From assembly GCA_964304625.1 (NCBI GenBank), contig OZ199839.1:1252221-1316220 (forward strand): DNA of 64,000 nt. Direction: 5' to 3'. The notes beneath the pieces were generated by a model. It ran no database searches. It saw only the letters and a list, made by a program, of their open reading frames with translations, and was not told the DNA's origin. Source of the DNA: Kudoa neothunni. Lineage: Eukaryota > Animalia > Cnidaria. Positions 25,032 through 40,400 of the stretch are shown here, piece by piece. Every line of letters begins with the position of its first letter. The first letter of the stretch is position 1. Made by a program: the position numbers and the translations under genes.

Positions 25032-28000
25032 TCACTTCTTTAATATAGTAGACTATTAGGTACCGTATTTGAGCGAGATGTAAATTACATTTATTATGCG
25101 GATGAATTAAACATCAATTGATTCATTATTTACTGCAGGATAACTTAAAATTGAATAAATATTAAAAATATTAAATATTTTGCATTAGTTGTAATAATTT
25201 TCATTATAAAATATATTAACCACACAACCTAAATATGTGACTTAAATTTAATTTCAAATTTTGATATTTATAAAATCATATACAATGACCGAAGATTTAT
25301 AATCTAGTTAATTTAGAACGAAGAACATTTATCAATTATTCAAATTAAATAAAAATGTTTATCTTCAGAGATTATTACGATCAATTCATTTTACATAGGA
25401 TTAACGGCACACGGCATTCAATAATGAGAAAATGATTTAGATTCAACTAATTTTTTTAATTTAAATGGGAAATTTAATAATTATGCAAGATCAAACTTTC
25501 TAATTTATAGCTAAGAAAATTAAGAATAATATTTTTTTAAAATATGTTTTAAATTTTATTTTATATATATTTTATTAGCCCTTTGGGTCCCAGCGTATAC
25601 TTAAATATATACGATCAAATGTTGAATTCGCAAGACGCTCTCGTTTGACTATTCCATCTACAATAATTTCTGAACGTTTTATTAAATTTATTTTTTCAAA
25701 CAAGATATTACGTTATTACAGTAAACTTAAATCGGAAGATATTAATAAAATTGCATTGTTTTGAAAATAGGATAATTATTCATGCGTTGGTTCAAAATTA
25801 TAATAACACGCAGTTATGTAAATAATATTTTTTGGGCTGATTAAAACAAAGCATAAGCTTTTAACATGATGTACATAAAAATATATCTGTATATTTAAAT
25901 ATAAATTAGGCCCATATGTAACAGAGTTGATCACCCCATAATGGATCACGACGTTAGATCAAAAAGCTAGAACTTAGTTCTATATCTGAAGACGTTGTTG
26001 TTTACCAAATTCTGAAATTTCTAATCCAGGTAAAATCTCAAAATAAGATAGTATTACTGTGTTATGTATAAGTAACGATGGTCCAAAGTAAAACTAAAAC
26101 ATTTCAACTGATAAATATTGTTATTTTAATGAGTTGACAGAAACCAAAATTCTTAATAGAATATTTCTAGAGATTTTTAAGCGATTCGTTATTTGACATG
26201 ATTGTCCGAGACACCAATACAAAATCTTTCCAATACGACCATTTTCTTCAGAAACGACGTTGTAAAGATGGGAAAGACATAGATATCATTCTTAAATGGA
26301 AATGTTCCCAATGCCTTGAATTTTTTACAATCGGCAGGATAATTTGAACCATTTTCTTATTTCTGGGTTTTCCAAAAGTTTTAGACTTGAATTTTTACTC
26401 TATATATATATTTATTTATTTCAATTGCAAAGCCAAAATAAAAACCAATTAATCTTCAAGACTCTATAACAGTATTCCCACAATAAGACACATTACATCA
26501 TTTATTATCATCATTTTAAATATTAATCCGAAGAGTAAATACTTAATAGTTAAACAAATGATCCCTTTCAAGGTGCACAGGACGCAATTGAAAACATGTC
26601 TAAACATCCGATTAACTGAAGGATTAATTTTTTATAAGGCACGGGATGTACGATTTTATTTGATTCACCGTTCATACTATAGAAGTCTTCACAAGAAATA
26701 AAGTAGGTATGGATTCGGAGGACAGTCCTTAAATTATGTAAATATACGTCATATTTCCCAAAAATAATTGTTATATTTTGATAACTGGTTCACAAATATA
26801 TCCACGCAGATAGTTTGTTCAACAAATTCTTTTTCGCACACGCAATCAGATCAGATCGGGAGAAAAATTAACTTTGTAATTTGAATAATCGCGGAAGAGG
26901 AAAGGTTGTGGTGCTTTCGAATGTGTCGAATACCTAAAATATAGAATTTTAACTTATTAGATTTTGACTATGTGGTTAACTTAATGATCTTCAACTCATT
27001 CGACGTTTGAAGCTACTAGATCAATACAAAACTTTTGGCAGACCAAAAAGTTCTCAATATTCTATGCAAAGATTTCCCAACCTAGGGCTCAAGGACCTGC
27101 GAAAGGTCTCTGAGATGTTTTTAATCTTAGAGACGTAGTCATTCGTAATCCGCGGTTACTATAAATTACGACTGTAGAAAAAATTCCGGAACAATAATGC
27201 CATAAATATAAATTTACATGGTTAATACTCTTAAAGATTCATATTCTATTAGCTTAGTTAGTTGAAGGTCTGTGAACAGAAGATGTTGGAAAACATTGTT
27301 TTGTACCCCTCTGCGGTAACCTAATACAACGAGAACAATGACTAAGTAGATGTTTCGAATATATCAAACTGAACGTGTGAAAAATTTAATATGGGAATAT
27401 TTTATTTTGCCGTAAATATTTCTATCTGGTAGTCGTAGTTATTTTACGGAAAAAATTATAGAATGAGGAAGGTTGAAAGCAATAGCACTTTTTATCTACC
27501 AGGTTTTACATCCAAAACAGGATCTTGTGACGAGCAAAAATGGATTTTATGACACGTAACAGGAAATAGATAATAGAGTATCCGGCTACAGTTTCTTTTG
27601 CAAATTGTAACAATCAGAAAAACAAGACAACAATTTCATCTTTTCCTCGGTTATTCTCTATTAATCGGCTAATAATCTATACTATTAAAAAATCTATTTA
27701 ACCCTCGAAAAACTTACGCGTGTGCCGAAGGGGACCTAAAGTATCCCAGAGGTTTTTCAACTTAATTCGCTCGCAGGGATAAAAAATTTGATGGCGTCTC
27801 TTTCCACAACAATGGTACATGCACGATGATTATAGGATTAGTTTTATATGTTTTAAGCGAATAACTAAATTTCAAACGATAATATTACCTTTTTATATTT
27901 TATTTAACTGCAAAAACATCATATAAGACCAAATCTAGCGCTTAAAATCAAGTGTTGCAATATAAAATCATTTAATATTATACGAGATTTATAAAATAAG

Positions 28001-28404
28001 TTATTGATTACAAATAATTATTTACTTTATTATTCTTATTTATTTGTGGTTAAAAATAATTTGGAAAGCGATTTCATTATTAGGGAAAACAAGTTAGCGA
28101 TGAGTCCTGAACCTGACAAGATGACTGAGGATGTAATAATGAGCACATTTTTGTGTCTATTCTCCTTACAACATAAATTTTTTTTATACACGTAACTCTG
28201 ATAAGCTCATAATAATATTGACATCAAAGTTCAACTTTTTGGTTTGGTTTAAGTTTAATTATGCCATGATTATCAAAAATGTGGACACAATGTTTTGCGA
28301 CCGTTCTTTATTTTGCACCAACTACCGCGTAACCATCTACTAAAATTTGTAAAACCGTCTGAAGTCAATATAGATACACTTGTGATCCTCATATGGGTTA
28401 TAAA

Positions 28405-31400
28405 TAGGGTTTGCAATTTTCGACGTTTATTTTATGAATAAAAGAAAAATAAGTTTTATCAGAGACTAAAAAACAAATTTTTATAGAATAAAAATAATTA
28501 TTTTGAGTAACTACTAGTTAAAATAGAGATGGACCGTTAAAATGGAGCATCGAAACCATTGAAGCGCGTTCATTTGAGAGTTTCATTCGTCCTTTTCGAA
28601 TTATATAATTTAATTTCGAAAAGCTTCGTTCTACAGCGATAGATGAAATGGGTAATGCCAACTAATCCAACGAAAGTTTTGACAACAATGGGCAAATATT
28701 GGATTTTTCCTTCCAAAAGTCTCTAGTGATAGAAGGATGATTTGAATCCATAATTGCCTTACAAAGGAAATTGTATTCATCTTTAAGGATAACTTTGTCT
28801 TTAACCCCTATTAACCCTCGGAAGCCGGAACTCAAAAAACTTACGCGGGTGCCGGTGGGGGTAGTTCACTTACCCCAGAGATTCTCAATGTTGCTGCGCT
28901 TATTTGATAAGATTTATTATTTCAAATGGTTAACAATCATATAAATTTGAATAAAACGACCTTGGAAGTGAAAATAATTAAATGATTTAGAAGAAAAATA
29001 CAAGTGATTAATAATAGGTATTTCCATAAAAAAGGCACGGCAAAACATTATACTTACCAGAAATATAGATTATGTGATAAAATGGGCATCTATAAATTTA
29101 TAGAAATCTTAATGCTAATTTTTAGTGAGTTTCTACTATTTTCACGAAACGGCCGACGGCAGCATCGTTATGAGATTATCCGACGATATTCGTTAATCTT
29201 ATAATTATGCCGAGGATTAAACTAGCCGGGAAGCGATTTGAAGCAATCAATCTTAATAAACTAACTTCAAATTTGTGTTATCCCGGTATAAATAAATTTT
29301 AATATCAAAAATACATTTTTTAAAATAAAATAAACTGATTATAAATTTACAGGTTAACAGCCATTACATGCTATTTTTTCTAAGTAAATTTTCAACAAAA
29401 TTCCTAAAATAGTGTTTATAGTATAAACTGTGAGAAACTAATTATTGTTCATAGATACGACCAATTTCTATATGTAACAAAATATGTTGTATTATATGAT
29501 GTAATAATTTATCAATTCGGATTTAAATTGCAATGTGAACATTGCACAACACTTTTTTGAACACGATGTGACCGACATACAGGTTTTTTGCATACACTGC
29601 AAAAAATTCTAGTCTTCTGGTCAATAGTTCTAGGGCAGTGGACACATCTTGAATGAGATCCCGTTGAAATTTCGTTGTTCGAAGTGGATAATTCATTATT
29701 TCCTACGTGGTTATTAAATATATCGAATCCAGATTTGAGGTGTGCATGATAAGCATTGTTTAACGTTTGTTGAAGCAAAATATTGGGTTTGATGAGTTCG
29801 GTCGCCAATTCACGAAGAAAATACTGCCTGCGACTTCGATCAGTTGATCGCCAATCTGGATTGTTTGACACCCAAATTATGTAAGCATTCAACGCCGACA
29901 TGTCAATCAGGTCCATAAACATTTTTAAGGGCCATCTTCTTGTTGTTCGCGAACAGGTATAGAGTTGGGTCATCCGGTCACCGTTATCAACACGTCCCTT
30001 CGTCTTATTGTAATGAACAATAATCTCAGGCCGTCTTCTTTCTGATTGTTCAACCGAGCTATCGTGATATTCCGTGGATAACAGAAAAACATTACGATTC
30101 TTCTTTGGAACATACGACACAATTGTCAAGTCGTCAGAGAAACAAAAAGTTGAGGAGAGTTCATTATGATTAGCGTTGTTTCGGAGGATTTCAGGAATAT
30201 ATCTGTTATTTTTTCTAAGCGTCCCAGTCAAAGTTATATTTCTCTCCAACAAAAATAACGCCAAAGGAACGGAGGTGAAAAAGTTGTCGGTGGTCAATCC
30301 TCGTCCACTACCATAAAACGGACTCATGAGATCCTTGACAACCCTTTCACCTTGCTTACTTTCTTTGACGTTTCCAATTTTTCTGGTGTATGGCTGAACG
30401 TTCAGCAAATATGACATATTAACGTCAGCGGCAACCCACAATTTCATGCCAAACCGGACTGGCTTACTCTTTATATAAACTCGAAAGGGGCATCTGCCAC
30501 GGAAACCTACCATTCGCTCATCAAACGTTATATGCGTACCAGGCGTATAGTTTTTTTGAATGCTTCGTTAATTTGTTCAAAAATCTCACGAATTGGTTCA
30601 AATTTATCTCGAGAAGTGTAAAACCTTGACGCTCTTGTTGACCTGTCATCGAAACGAATGGTTCGGTAAATAAGACTGAATCTATCTCTCGAAATAGCGG
30701 CTGAGAAGAATGCTTGCTTAAATAACGGATTCATTTCCAAAATGTTTCTCAACGATACTCTAGATCCATTACCACGTCCAGCTGCAATCAAAACACCCAG
30801 AAAAGCCATCAATTCCTCCATTGTTATTGCATTCATGCTGTTATAGCGATCAATGGATTGCCGAAATTTATTCGTATAGAATAATATTTTTTCTAACACA
30901 AAATTAGAAAAAAATGGCATGAACGATGATAAAATATCAGAGATATTGCTTGCGTCACCGATAGGGCCAGAATTAACATTAACAAAATTGTGGAAATTGG
31001 TGCGTGTTCTGGATTTTAGACCACACTCCCACTGAAATCCTGATTTAGACGTCGATATTTCAATTGGGTTCCCATCATTGTCGTTATCGTTCATTTTTTG
31101 ATTCTCCGAGTCCTCAGGATATTCCACACAATCCTCATAAAATGATTCATCTGATAAATGACTTTCAAAATCTGTCACTATCAACATATGCTTCTTCATC
31201 GACAAAATCGCTGATGAGATCATCTGAATTATCTTCGTATGACATTTTTTCTGTAGAAATATTAAGTTTTTGCAAAATTTTTCATAAATCGGCATACACT
31301 TACAAACCTGAATGATTAAAACGTGATTCGCGCGACTTTCTGGATAATCTCATATTAATACAATAATCCATCGGGCTCCGTCGGTGACAATTAAGGACTG

Positions 31401-33277
31401 ACTGTTATTGGGCTCCTTCGCCTTTTATTTATATTCTAAAATCTTTTAGGATATTTGTTATTATTTTTTTTATAATAACAATATTATTTAAAAGAATTAG
31501 CAAGTATTATTAACACGAAAATAAATAACTTCAAATTTAAAGATGCCTTATCTACGTTGAATTTAAAGGATATAAAAACGTATTCTAATATATACGAAGC
31601 ATTAATTATGTTGGAAGATTATCCGAAGGTAAATATGGTTCTTTAAAATTTTAAGAGGAAAATTTCAGCAAATACATACATTGGGGTGCACGAACTACCC
31701 CGCTTCGTCCCGGAAGGGTTAAATAACAAAGATCATCATTATGTCCATTTTCAATCGATAATGGCGTTGCTGGATCAACGCTTTTGATTGTTTTAAAGAA
31801 AGTGGCTGATGGAAAACAATCATTAATACAATGTTCTATAAAATCATGGATTTTTTCGATGATGCTCCCGCGAAAAGATTCAATTTTATTGATAAGATTT
31901 GTTCTAATTTCAAATGGAAAAAGTCCAAGATTATCTTTGTGATCATTCAGAAAATTCTTCTTCATTTCAAAATCATTATTCATCCAGTCGAATATACTTG
32001 AAAAACAAAAATTATCGTTAGTTTCAATACGTTTCGAAAATTCAACCAGCGGCGTAAGTTCATCAATTAGCATAATGACAGAGAGAAATAAGACATTGAT
32101 ATTCTCAGAATTAATTAGTAGAATTTCATTTAGACGTTTTCCAAATTCTAAGGGTTTAACTTCATTTAGAAAATCGACAACAGCTGGATAATATTCTTTT
32201 ATTTGCTTTAAGCAATTGTAAAAACTATACCAACGGATATCCATGACACGAGGAATTTCTTTGACATTTTCCAAATCGTTGTTCTTGAGATGAACCAGAA
32301 ATGTTCTTTTTCCATTTCTATTCTTTGACAGAATAGATGAAAACTTCATGCAGAATTTTTTAATATCTAAGAAATATTCGTCAGTAGCTTTTCGGACAGC
32401 AAAGTGGATAATATGAGAAAAGCATGGAATTCGAATAATATGTGGATACATTGCTTTCAAATCATTGATGAATTTTTTCATGTATGATGCTGAATCCGAA
32501 ATAATAGCGCAACAGTTATCCCATACCAAGTCGTAACGTTTCAGCACGTTTAATAATTGATTAGCAACAATAACAGAATTGCAATTTAAAATTCTGGATG
32601 AATCTAACATAAATATCATTCTTTTATTTGAATGGTGATCGTAATAACAAGCCAACGTGTTGAAAACAGGTCTATTATTAAAGTCAGGCGATTCGTCAAT
32701 TATCAAACTGAAGCGAACATCTACCATTTCTAGTTTTAATTGCGTCCATACTCCTCAAAAATATCGGGAAAATATGTTTATCGATAAGAACTCTTCCATC
32801 GGGCAATGATTCTGAAGCTGGGCAATATTTAAAAAGAAAATTCCTCAATGAACTATCTTTATTGATAGCTTGGAATGGAAGACCATCAAATAATACGATC
32901 TTTGCTAGGTCCATTTCAATTTCGCTTGAGTTGGATCTATCACGATGCAAAATATCTTTGATGGGGATAGTGTTTTTCACATTAGTCTTCATAGTTGCGT
33001 GTTTTTGAGATCCAACATGTTCTTGTATTCTGTTTTGTTTAAGGGGTAAAACTAGCTTGCAATATTTGCATGACAACGAGTCTCCCGCAGCTTCCAAGTC
33101 GCTCCATTCAATTAAATAATCAGCCAACTCTCGACATTTTCTCCCCATTTACAAGATTTTCAATTAAACAAAATGGGCTTTTTTCGATCGAAAAAAAAAT
33201 AAAAACTGGCACGTTTTTTCAAATTCGACGGTTTTAAATCGACAGAAATCGATTTTAATCGAAAATTGCAAACCCTA
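28405..33277 (-). mobile_element. hAT-superfamily DNA transposon, interrupted by a piggyBac
   Basis: TIRs TAGGGTTTGCAATTTTCGA / TCGAAAATTGCAAACCCTA and a perfect 8-bp TSD GTTATAAA. ORFs 32696-33148 (CKYC...H...H zinc finger) and 31651-32727 (IIDES, SDSASYM, CFSH, RWYS). C-terminal LPISSIAVERSFS dimerisation motif at ~28620-28660. Confidence 0.92.
28815..31718 (-). mobile_element. piggyBac transposon (PGBD4-like transposase, frameshifted) nested in the hAT element
   Basis: TTAA at 28811-28814 and 31719-31722 with CCCT...AGGG ends. ORFs 30528-31295 and 29512-30513 contain MVGFRGRCPFRVYIKSKPVRFGMK, TDNFFTS, YNKTKGRVD and a C-terminal Cys-rich domain. Confidence 0.92.
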
Positions 33278-35010
33278 GTTATAAATAATAACTCAGCCGA
33301 CTGAAAACATAATGTTGCATCTGAATATGGCGAATATAATGATGAGTGGCAATGTATCAACTGACCCGAACGCGTACATCGAATAAGATAATGAATCGAA
33401 CTGCAATGTATTCAATCAAACTCATAACGAAACAAAAATTTATGAAAATAATAACTACGAAAAAAAGAGGGTGACAGATAGATTATTGCATACATTAACT
33501 AACTCAATGAAAACGATTGTGGCAAATGATTTAGTGAGCTTAACTCCTCGTTGCCGCAGTATGAATAAACTTATACCTACTAGTACGAAAATTCCGCTAT
33601 TAACAATTAATGCAAACCTAATTTTATTATGAAAGAGGTAAAAACTATAGGTATACCCATGGCAGTGAATGATTATTTTGAATTTGATAAAAAACAATTT
33701 GATATCTATGAAGTATGTTTTGAAAAAATATAATCATTTTGTTTGATAAATTTATGTGGGTTATTCGCTTTATAACATACAAAACTAATGGAAATAAAAG
33801 TAATCCTATTATCATCGCGCATGCATCATTGTTGTGGAAAGAGACACGATCAAACAAATTTGTTTTGTGTGGTTATTACTTAATTTAAAAATAAATTAAC
33901 CGCCAAAAACGTAGAGATATTTAATCAGCTAGGAAAAATTACAAGCAATACATTACCATCACATTTAAGAAAAAGGCGAGAATAAACAAGCAATCTCACA
34001 AAAATATAGGTTATGTTTTCATAAAGCTATTGACTAATTATTGGAAAACTCAAGATTGATTTCCAAGTGAATTTGTCATCTGAAAGGAATAACGGACAAA
34101 ACCGCCACAACGGGAATACCCGAAAGTTTTCGTTAATCTCATTTTGCGATCGTGGTATTAAATCGTAGGAATATTTCCCTCCTTTCGAACAACTACCTTT
34201 TCCGTGATAATTTCTATTAGATGGTAAAAATCATGGCTAATTTAAAAAGAAAAACTCGGCTGGGACAAAATTAAATATCAATCGACCTATACTTTTAAAA
34301 TTAATATACTACTAAGAGCGCGCCTGTCTTGCGATAATCTCAGGATAATCTTCAGGTGTGTCGCTTTCTTCCAGTAGAAAATAAAATCAAAACTTAATCA
34401 TACTCTTATTCTTTTTATTAATTTTTAGTTAAAGTTAAGTAAATAATAAATGTAAGAGATTCAAAGGCCTTTAAACACTGAATACTATTGGTTCGGTTTC
34501 GAAAAGGTAGTCCATTATTTTATATCCTTAAGGAAAATTTTGTTCATTAGTTTATTTTGAAGGTTGTTTGATATTAAATGATTACATGGAAAATTTTAGA
34601 GAGAACAAAAAGTAAGAATAGAAATTTCGATAAATAAAATAATTTTATCCTTTTTTCATATTTTCTAAGCCTGAGTAATTTTTAGCTAAAATCCAGGTTT
34701 AAAGCATTAAATTAATCCAAATTTTATTCGCTATTTATTATTCTATATTTTTCTAATGTTTAATAATAAAATGAAATTTTAAGAAATAAACGACGTTGCG
34801 CCAACACAAGTATAAATATTAGAATTTTATGTTGAACCTTAAATGTAGTAACTGTGTATTTAATTTTATTTGATCTCTCTAAATATCAATTGTTATAAAA
34901 TTCTTGATATGGAGAATAAATAATACAACGCCTTGTCAAATCATACTAAAATAAAAATATTTTGAAAATTTCACTATAAATATATTTTCTTATTTATTTT
35001 AGATTTTTCA

Positions 35011-36544
35011 TTATCCTTTAGTAAATATTAAACCATATATCTTCGTGACTAATTCCAGAAAAAGATCCGAAGATTGTGAATCGTTTCTATCTCCGGCCGG
35101 CTCCCCACGAGATGTCTGTGATTGACTTCTACCCCCATTCTGAGGAGTTTGTGTTACATTCGTAGTTTCAGTTGTTAAAGGGTTTTTACAAATAGCATCG
35201 CATGCTTCATGAGTTTTGAAGTTATTCAAATTCATCACTTTACCGTTGAATTTAAATGCCAGGCACTTCCCAGCGTCATCACCGGTTGCTACGTAGTAAT
35301 ATCTCTCTAATTCGTATTTATCATCTCCAGTTGTCTCACCAACTTTATCCTGTTTACAAGCTTCGACAGCTTCGAGTTCACCAAGATGGGCGGCTAATTA
35401 ATAATTAAAGAAAACAATATTTAATAATATTATTATTGTGAATTACTCGCAGGACAAAAACTTGCACAGAGCTCTGCTGAACTAAAAATATTATATGAAC
35501 CATCATCAATTTTGAAGGAGGTTTCAGGAGTTTGGGAAAAAAATGGAAGACAGGCTTTTTTTTCTTTGTGGAAATAAAAGTATTCTTTTATATTTTCCCC
35601 ATTTTCAGTTATAATTTTTGCTTGAGGTTGAACTTGATATGGACCAGTTGTATTACAGGCAGCGACTAGCTCAGCTATTTTTTGATTAGCAAACATTTTT
35701 CACACAATTGAATACTTATGCACGTTTCTACACATTTAGGTAACTCATCAAAATATCCCCTTATTGCAGTTTCACCAACAGCGGCATAAACACATCTTTT
35801 TTTATCTTTATGTAAAACAACTCCCATTTTCGGGCTCGCGGTGTCCACTTCAGCTGCGAAGCCACAGTCAAATTTATTAGGAGTCGGTGTTAACGAGTTA
35901 TTGTTAACATTACTTTCGACACGTCCATTTTTCTTATCTAATTTAAATTTTCCCATAAAAATGAGTTTAAAATTTAAAAAATTGACATTACTTTGACAAG
36001 CATTTTTACATTCAATTTCGGATTCGAAATTATTTGCGTTTCCTCCACAACCTGTGTATTTGAACTCATGACACGAGTTCGCGGGTTTGCTACTACCAAC
36101 GACAGCCTCCTTTGAAAAATACCACCTTGTTTGTCTTTTCTCCGTTGGTACTTCGCAGGTGCCTACTGATTTAGTTTCCCCACACGCGTTTGATTTCTCC
36201 TCAGGTGTGAAAGTAACTATTTTAAATGTTATTAAAATATGACATTATTACATTATACGGTGGTATTGACAAACCGCTTTTGACACAAAGTTATTAAAGT
36301 TTCCAAGGGAACCTTTATATTTAAATGGCTTGCATGTAGCAGTAGCTTTGTCGACATACCATCTATCAACTACAGCTTTTTTTTGTTCATCTGCGCTCAT
36401 CCAAGAAGGAGGTTCCCCCCTCATCTAACCTGTAATCGGTTAAAGCCTTTTCTAAAATAACATTATAACAAAAATAGATAAACTTAATATACCAGCTGAT
36501 ACAATTTCTAATAACAATAATAATAAAAATGGAAAAGTCAACAT
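35011..36544 (-). pseudogene. Five-Kunitz-domain protein, copy 5, with a +1 frameshift in exon 2 (pseudogene or homopolymer sequencing error)
   Basis: C6 run at 36415-36420 versus C5 in copies 1, 2, 4 and 6 shifts the frame (ORF track: RLDEGGTSFLDERR*). The downstream exons checked are open with intact splice sites. Confidence 0.7.
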
Positions 36545-37430
36545 TCACTTCTTTATTAAAGTAGACTATTAGGTCCCGTATTTGAGCGAGATGTAAATTA
36601 CATTTATTATACGGATGAATCAAACATCAATTGATTCATTATCTACTGCAGGATAACTTAAATTTGAATAAATATTAAAAATATTAAATATTTTGCATTA
36701 GTTGTACTAATTTTCATTATAAAATATATTAACCAAACAGCATACATATGTGACAAATTTAATTTCAAATTTTAATATTTATAAAATCATATACAATGAC
36801 CGAAGATTTATAATCTAGTTAATTTAGAACGAAGAACATTTATCTATTGTTCAAATTAATTAAAAATGTTTATCTTCAGAGATTATTACGATCAATTCAT
36901 TTTACATAGGATTAACAGCACTCAATAATGAAAAAATGATTTAGATTCAACTAATATTTTTAATTTAAATAGGAAATTTAATAATTGTGCACGATCAAAC
37001 TTTCTAATTTATAGCTAATAAAATTAAGAATAATATTTTTTTAAATATGTTTTATATATATTTTATTAGCCCTTTTGGTCCCAGCGTATACTTAAATATA
37101 TACGATCAAATGTTGAATTCGCAAGACGCTCTCGTTTGACTATTCCATCTACAATAATTTCTGAACATTTTATTTAATTTATTTTTTCAAAAAAGATATT
37201 ACGTTATTACAATAAACTTAAATCGGAAGAAATTAATAAAATTATTAAAATTGCATTGTTTTGAAAATAGGATAATTATCCATGCGTTTGTTCCAAATTA
37301 TAACAACACGCAGATACGTAAAAATATTTTTTTATAATAATAAATAACAAAAATATTTTTTGGGTTGATTAAAACAAAGCGTAAGCTTTTAACGAGATGC
37401 ACATACAAATATGCTGTACACTTATTTATA

Positions 37431-40400
37431 GGCAGTGGCTATTGCAACGGATCCGTTTAATCCGCATGCTCGAACTGTCTATAAAAATTTCGATTTCGTT
37501 TTTATAATAAATGATGTTTTCGCCAAATATTTTCAAATTTGAGGGGAATATAATATGGTGGAATTTTCGAGGTTGTTATTGAAAATTAAGTAACTTCAAA
37601 ATGCTGTTTTGATTTGATAGATCGTAGGAATACCAAAAAAAACTTTCTAAGACAATAAACTTTCATAATTGCAAAAATTTTATGTAAATCGTATGCTTTG
37701 TATAGTATGAATTACCACGCTCAGGAGTACGCGCTATTACGCAAGACTTAGTTAAATAGTAGTACTGGTTCTTTCGTTGGTTAACATCCCTCGGATTCGA
37801 TACGTGCTGTTATGGAGAATTATTAACACATTAATTAAAGATTTTTTTCTCAAAATTTATAATATGAATAATGTGTATTAATGTATAAATCATTGTATTT
37901 AAAACTATGTCTCAATCTATGAAATAAACACAAATCTATGATTTCGAGTTAGATTTATTTAAACCCTATATAAGAGTTCAAAAATAGGTTATTTGTTAAT
38001 GATATGGTAGTTTTTAAGGAATAAGTGTCATTTCCTTGATTCGATGTTACGTCGCAATAATTTGAGGGTAATGGGTAATACTTCTCTGTATAAAAACAAA
38101 AATTTGATTATTATAATAAAATCACGATCCTTTTAAGATAAATATAAATGGCGAGCATGTAATAATTTTTTGATAAAGATTAAAATATTTTGATTGAATT
38201 GACAATGTATGCTTTAGGGTAATTTTAATTATCCCCCTAAATTTTTGGGCATGTTTTCAAACAAAAATTAGCTTATATAGTAATGTGTGGTCAACAGTAA
38301 CTCAAATAATAATGCGCGCAGTTTTCCTTGGTTCGTTTTTCTTATTGTTGTTGGCGTCATGGAATTTTATCTAGGAATGAAGTTTCAATCGTATGAGCAA
38401 TTACAAATTCATACCAGCTGTTATGAACGTTCTTCATTTTGAAACCTGAAAATAAGAGAATCTAGGACATTAAAAAATTTTAAAAATAAAATCAAAAATG
38501 TATTTAATGATGCTTTGGTTTACTACGAAATAAAATTCGTATGCATTTTTGGAAACCTTCACAACAAAAGGGGGACTGGAGAGAGGAAGTCAACGACGTA
38601 TAAGAATGATTGTCCATTTAATATCGTACTCTGGGAGAGCGATGATAACCAATTTCTGGAAATTAAAACATTAAATATAGAACACAACCATCCTCGTGTA
38701 ACGAATCATTGTATAAATTTTTGTCCGACCAAAGAAAAATTGATTTGTCAGATAACAATCTATCTGAATTAATTGCAGTTGGGGCTAATAAAAAACTTAT
38801 ACAAACTAAATTCTGCCAGAGACCGGTAAAGTTGTGATATTAAAATCACTGCATAACATCAACACAAAAAGATTAGCTAATATTGATGTATTGAAGGCCA
38901 TTAATCTTCTAACTCAGAATTATGATTGTGATGTTAAAATTCAAAAAAACTCTGATAATGTTGTTACTGGATTGTTTTTCATCGATAAACTAATGAAAAT
39001 AACTCTAACTTTCTACCCCGAAATACTTCTGGTAGAATTGACGTACAAGTTTCTCAATTCACAGTAATTTTTAATAAATATTTAGCTAGTATTTAAATGA
39101 GTTCCACATATGATTTTTTAGAGCACCATTGTATTTAACTGTTGCCGTTGATTCTATTGGGAAACGCATGTAACTTCGGCGTGAATAATTTTTCATGATG
39201 ACGAGGAATCAATCAAATGGTACACGAACCAACTTTTGGAAGGTTGTCCTGTACTCAAGGAAAAATTGTGTACAGTTACAATAGACAAAGATACAAAACT
39301 TAGGAATAGTGTAAAAACAATTTTTCCAAATTCCCAACTTTTTATCTGCATGTTTCATGTTTTGCAAATATTTCGTAGGGAATTTTCAACATCAAAATAT
39401 AATATATTATCAGAAACTCGAAATAAAATACTTTATTTGTTTAACAAGATGATTAGAGTCAATGATAAGGCTGAATTTGATAAACTATGGTCTAAGTTGG
39501 TCGATTTAAATAATGTCAAACTGACGAATATTTTCAAACTCGTTGGCTGCCAATTTATAACGAATGGATCTTTCCTTTAAGTAACGAACAAAAAATTTAT
39601 GGAAATACGACCAATAATAGATTGGAAGCTATTAATTCAAAATTAAAAAGCACTGTAAAAAGATTTTCAACATTGAGTGACTTTTTTAATAGATTCTTTA
39701 CAACCATCTATTCAATGCGTATTGAACGATACAATAAAATTGTATCATCATTGTTGAAAAGTAACTCAATAAATGATCCGAATCCAGTTCAAAAATTATA
39801 ACTTTGAATTATTGACACCTTTCGTGTTTAAACTTGTTAATGAAGAAATTATGTCGATGAAATGTGTTGACGATCTTATAGAGGGAGTTAGTACGTGCCT
39901 TTGCAACTTTCAGGAAATCATATGATTTACTCTGTAGACACACTTTGTCTGCCAGAGCATTATACCTGGAAAATACATTTGAGCCCTCACTAATGTAGAG
40001 AGAGATAGACAAGAAAATATGCTCTTAAATATATTCAGGAATCTATTAACATAAATTCCTCTACAGAGAAAACTCAAAACTCCATAACTATTCACAATAA
40101 ATCATGGACTAAATTGAAGACATATAATGCACGCTTTAAAATGCACTTTTCCATGCCAACAAACTTGCGATAATTTCTGAAAATCATTGTGGAGAATTTT
40201 ATGAAAAATTTATTCTATTGATAAAAGGATTGGAAAATATCGCAAGGAGTAAAAATAATATTAAGTTGGATGAAATTTTAAATTTATGTAATATCACTTT
40301 TCCATCGTTATTTAAGTAAAATCTAGTACCAAATCAGTTGGATGGTACTGACGAAATCCAGTTAAGTGACGTGTCCTCAAATAATCTATCTACCAGCGGT

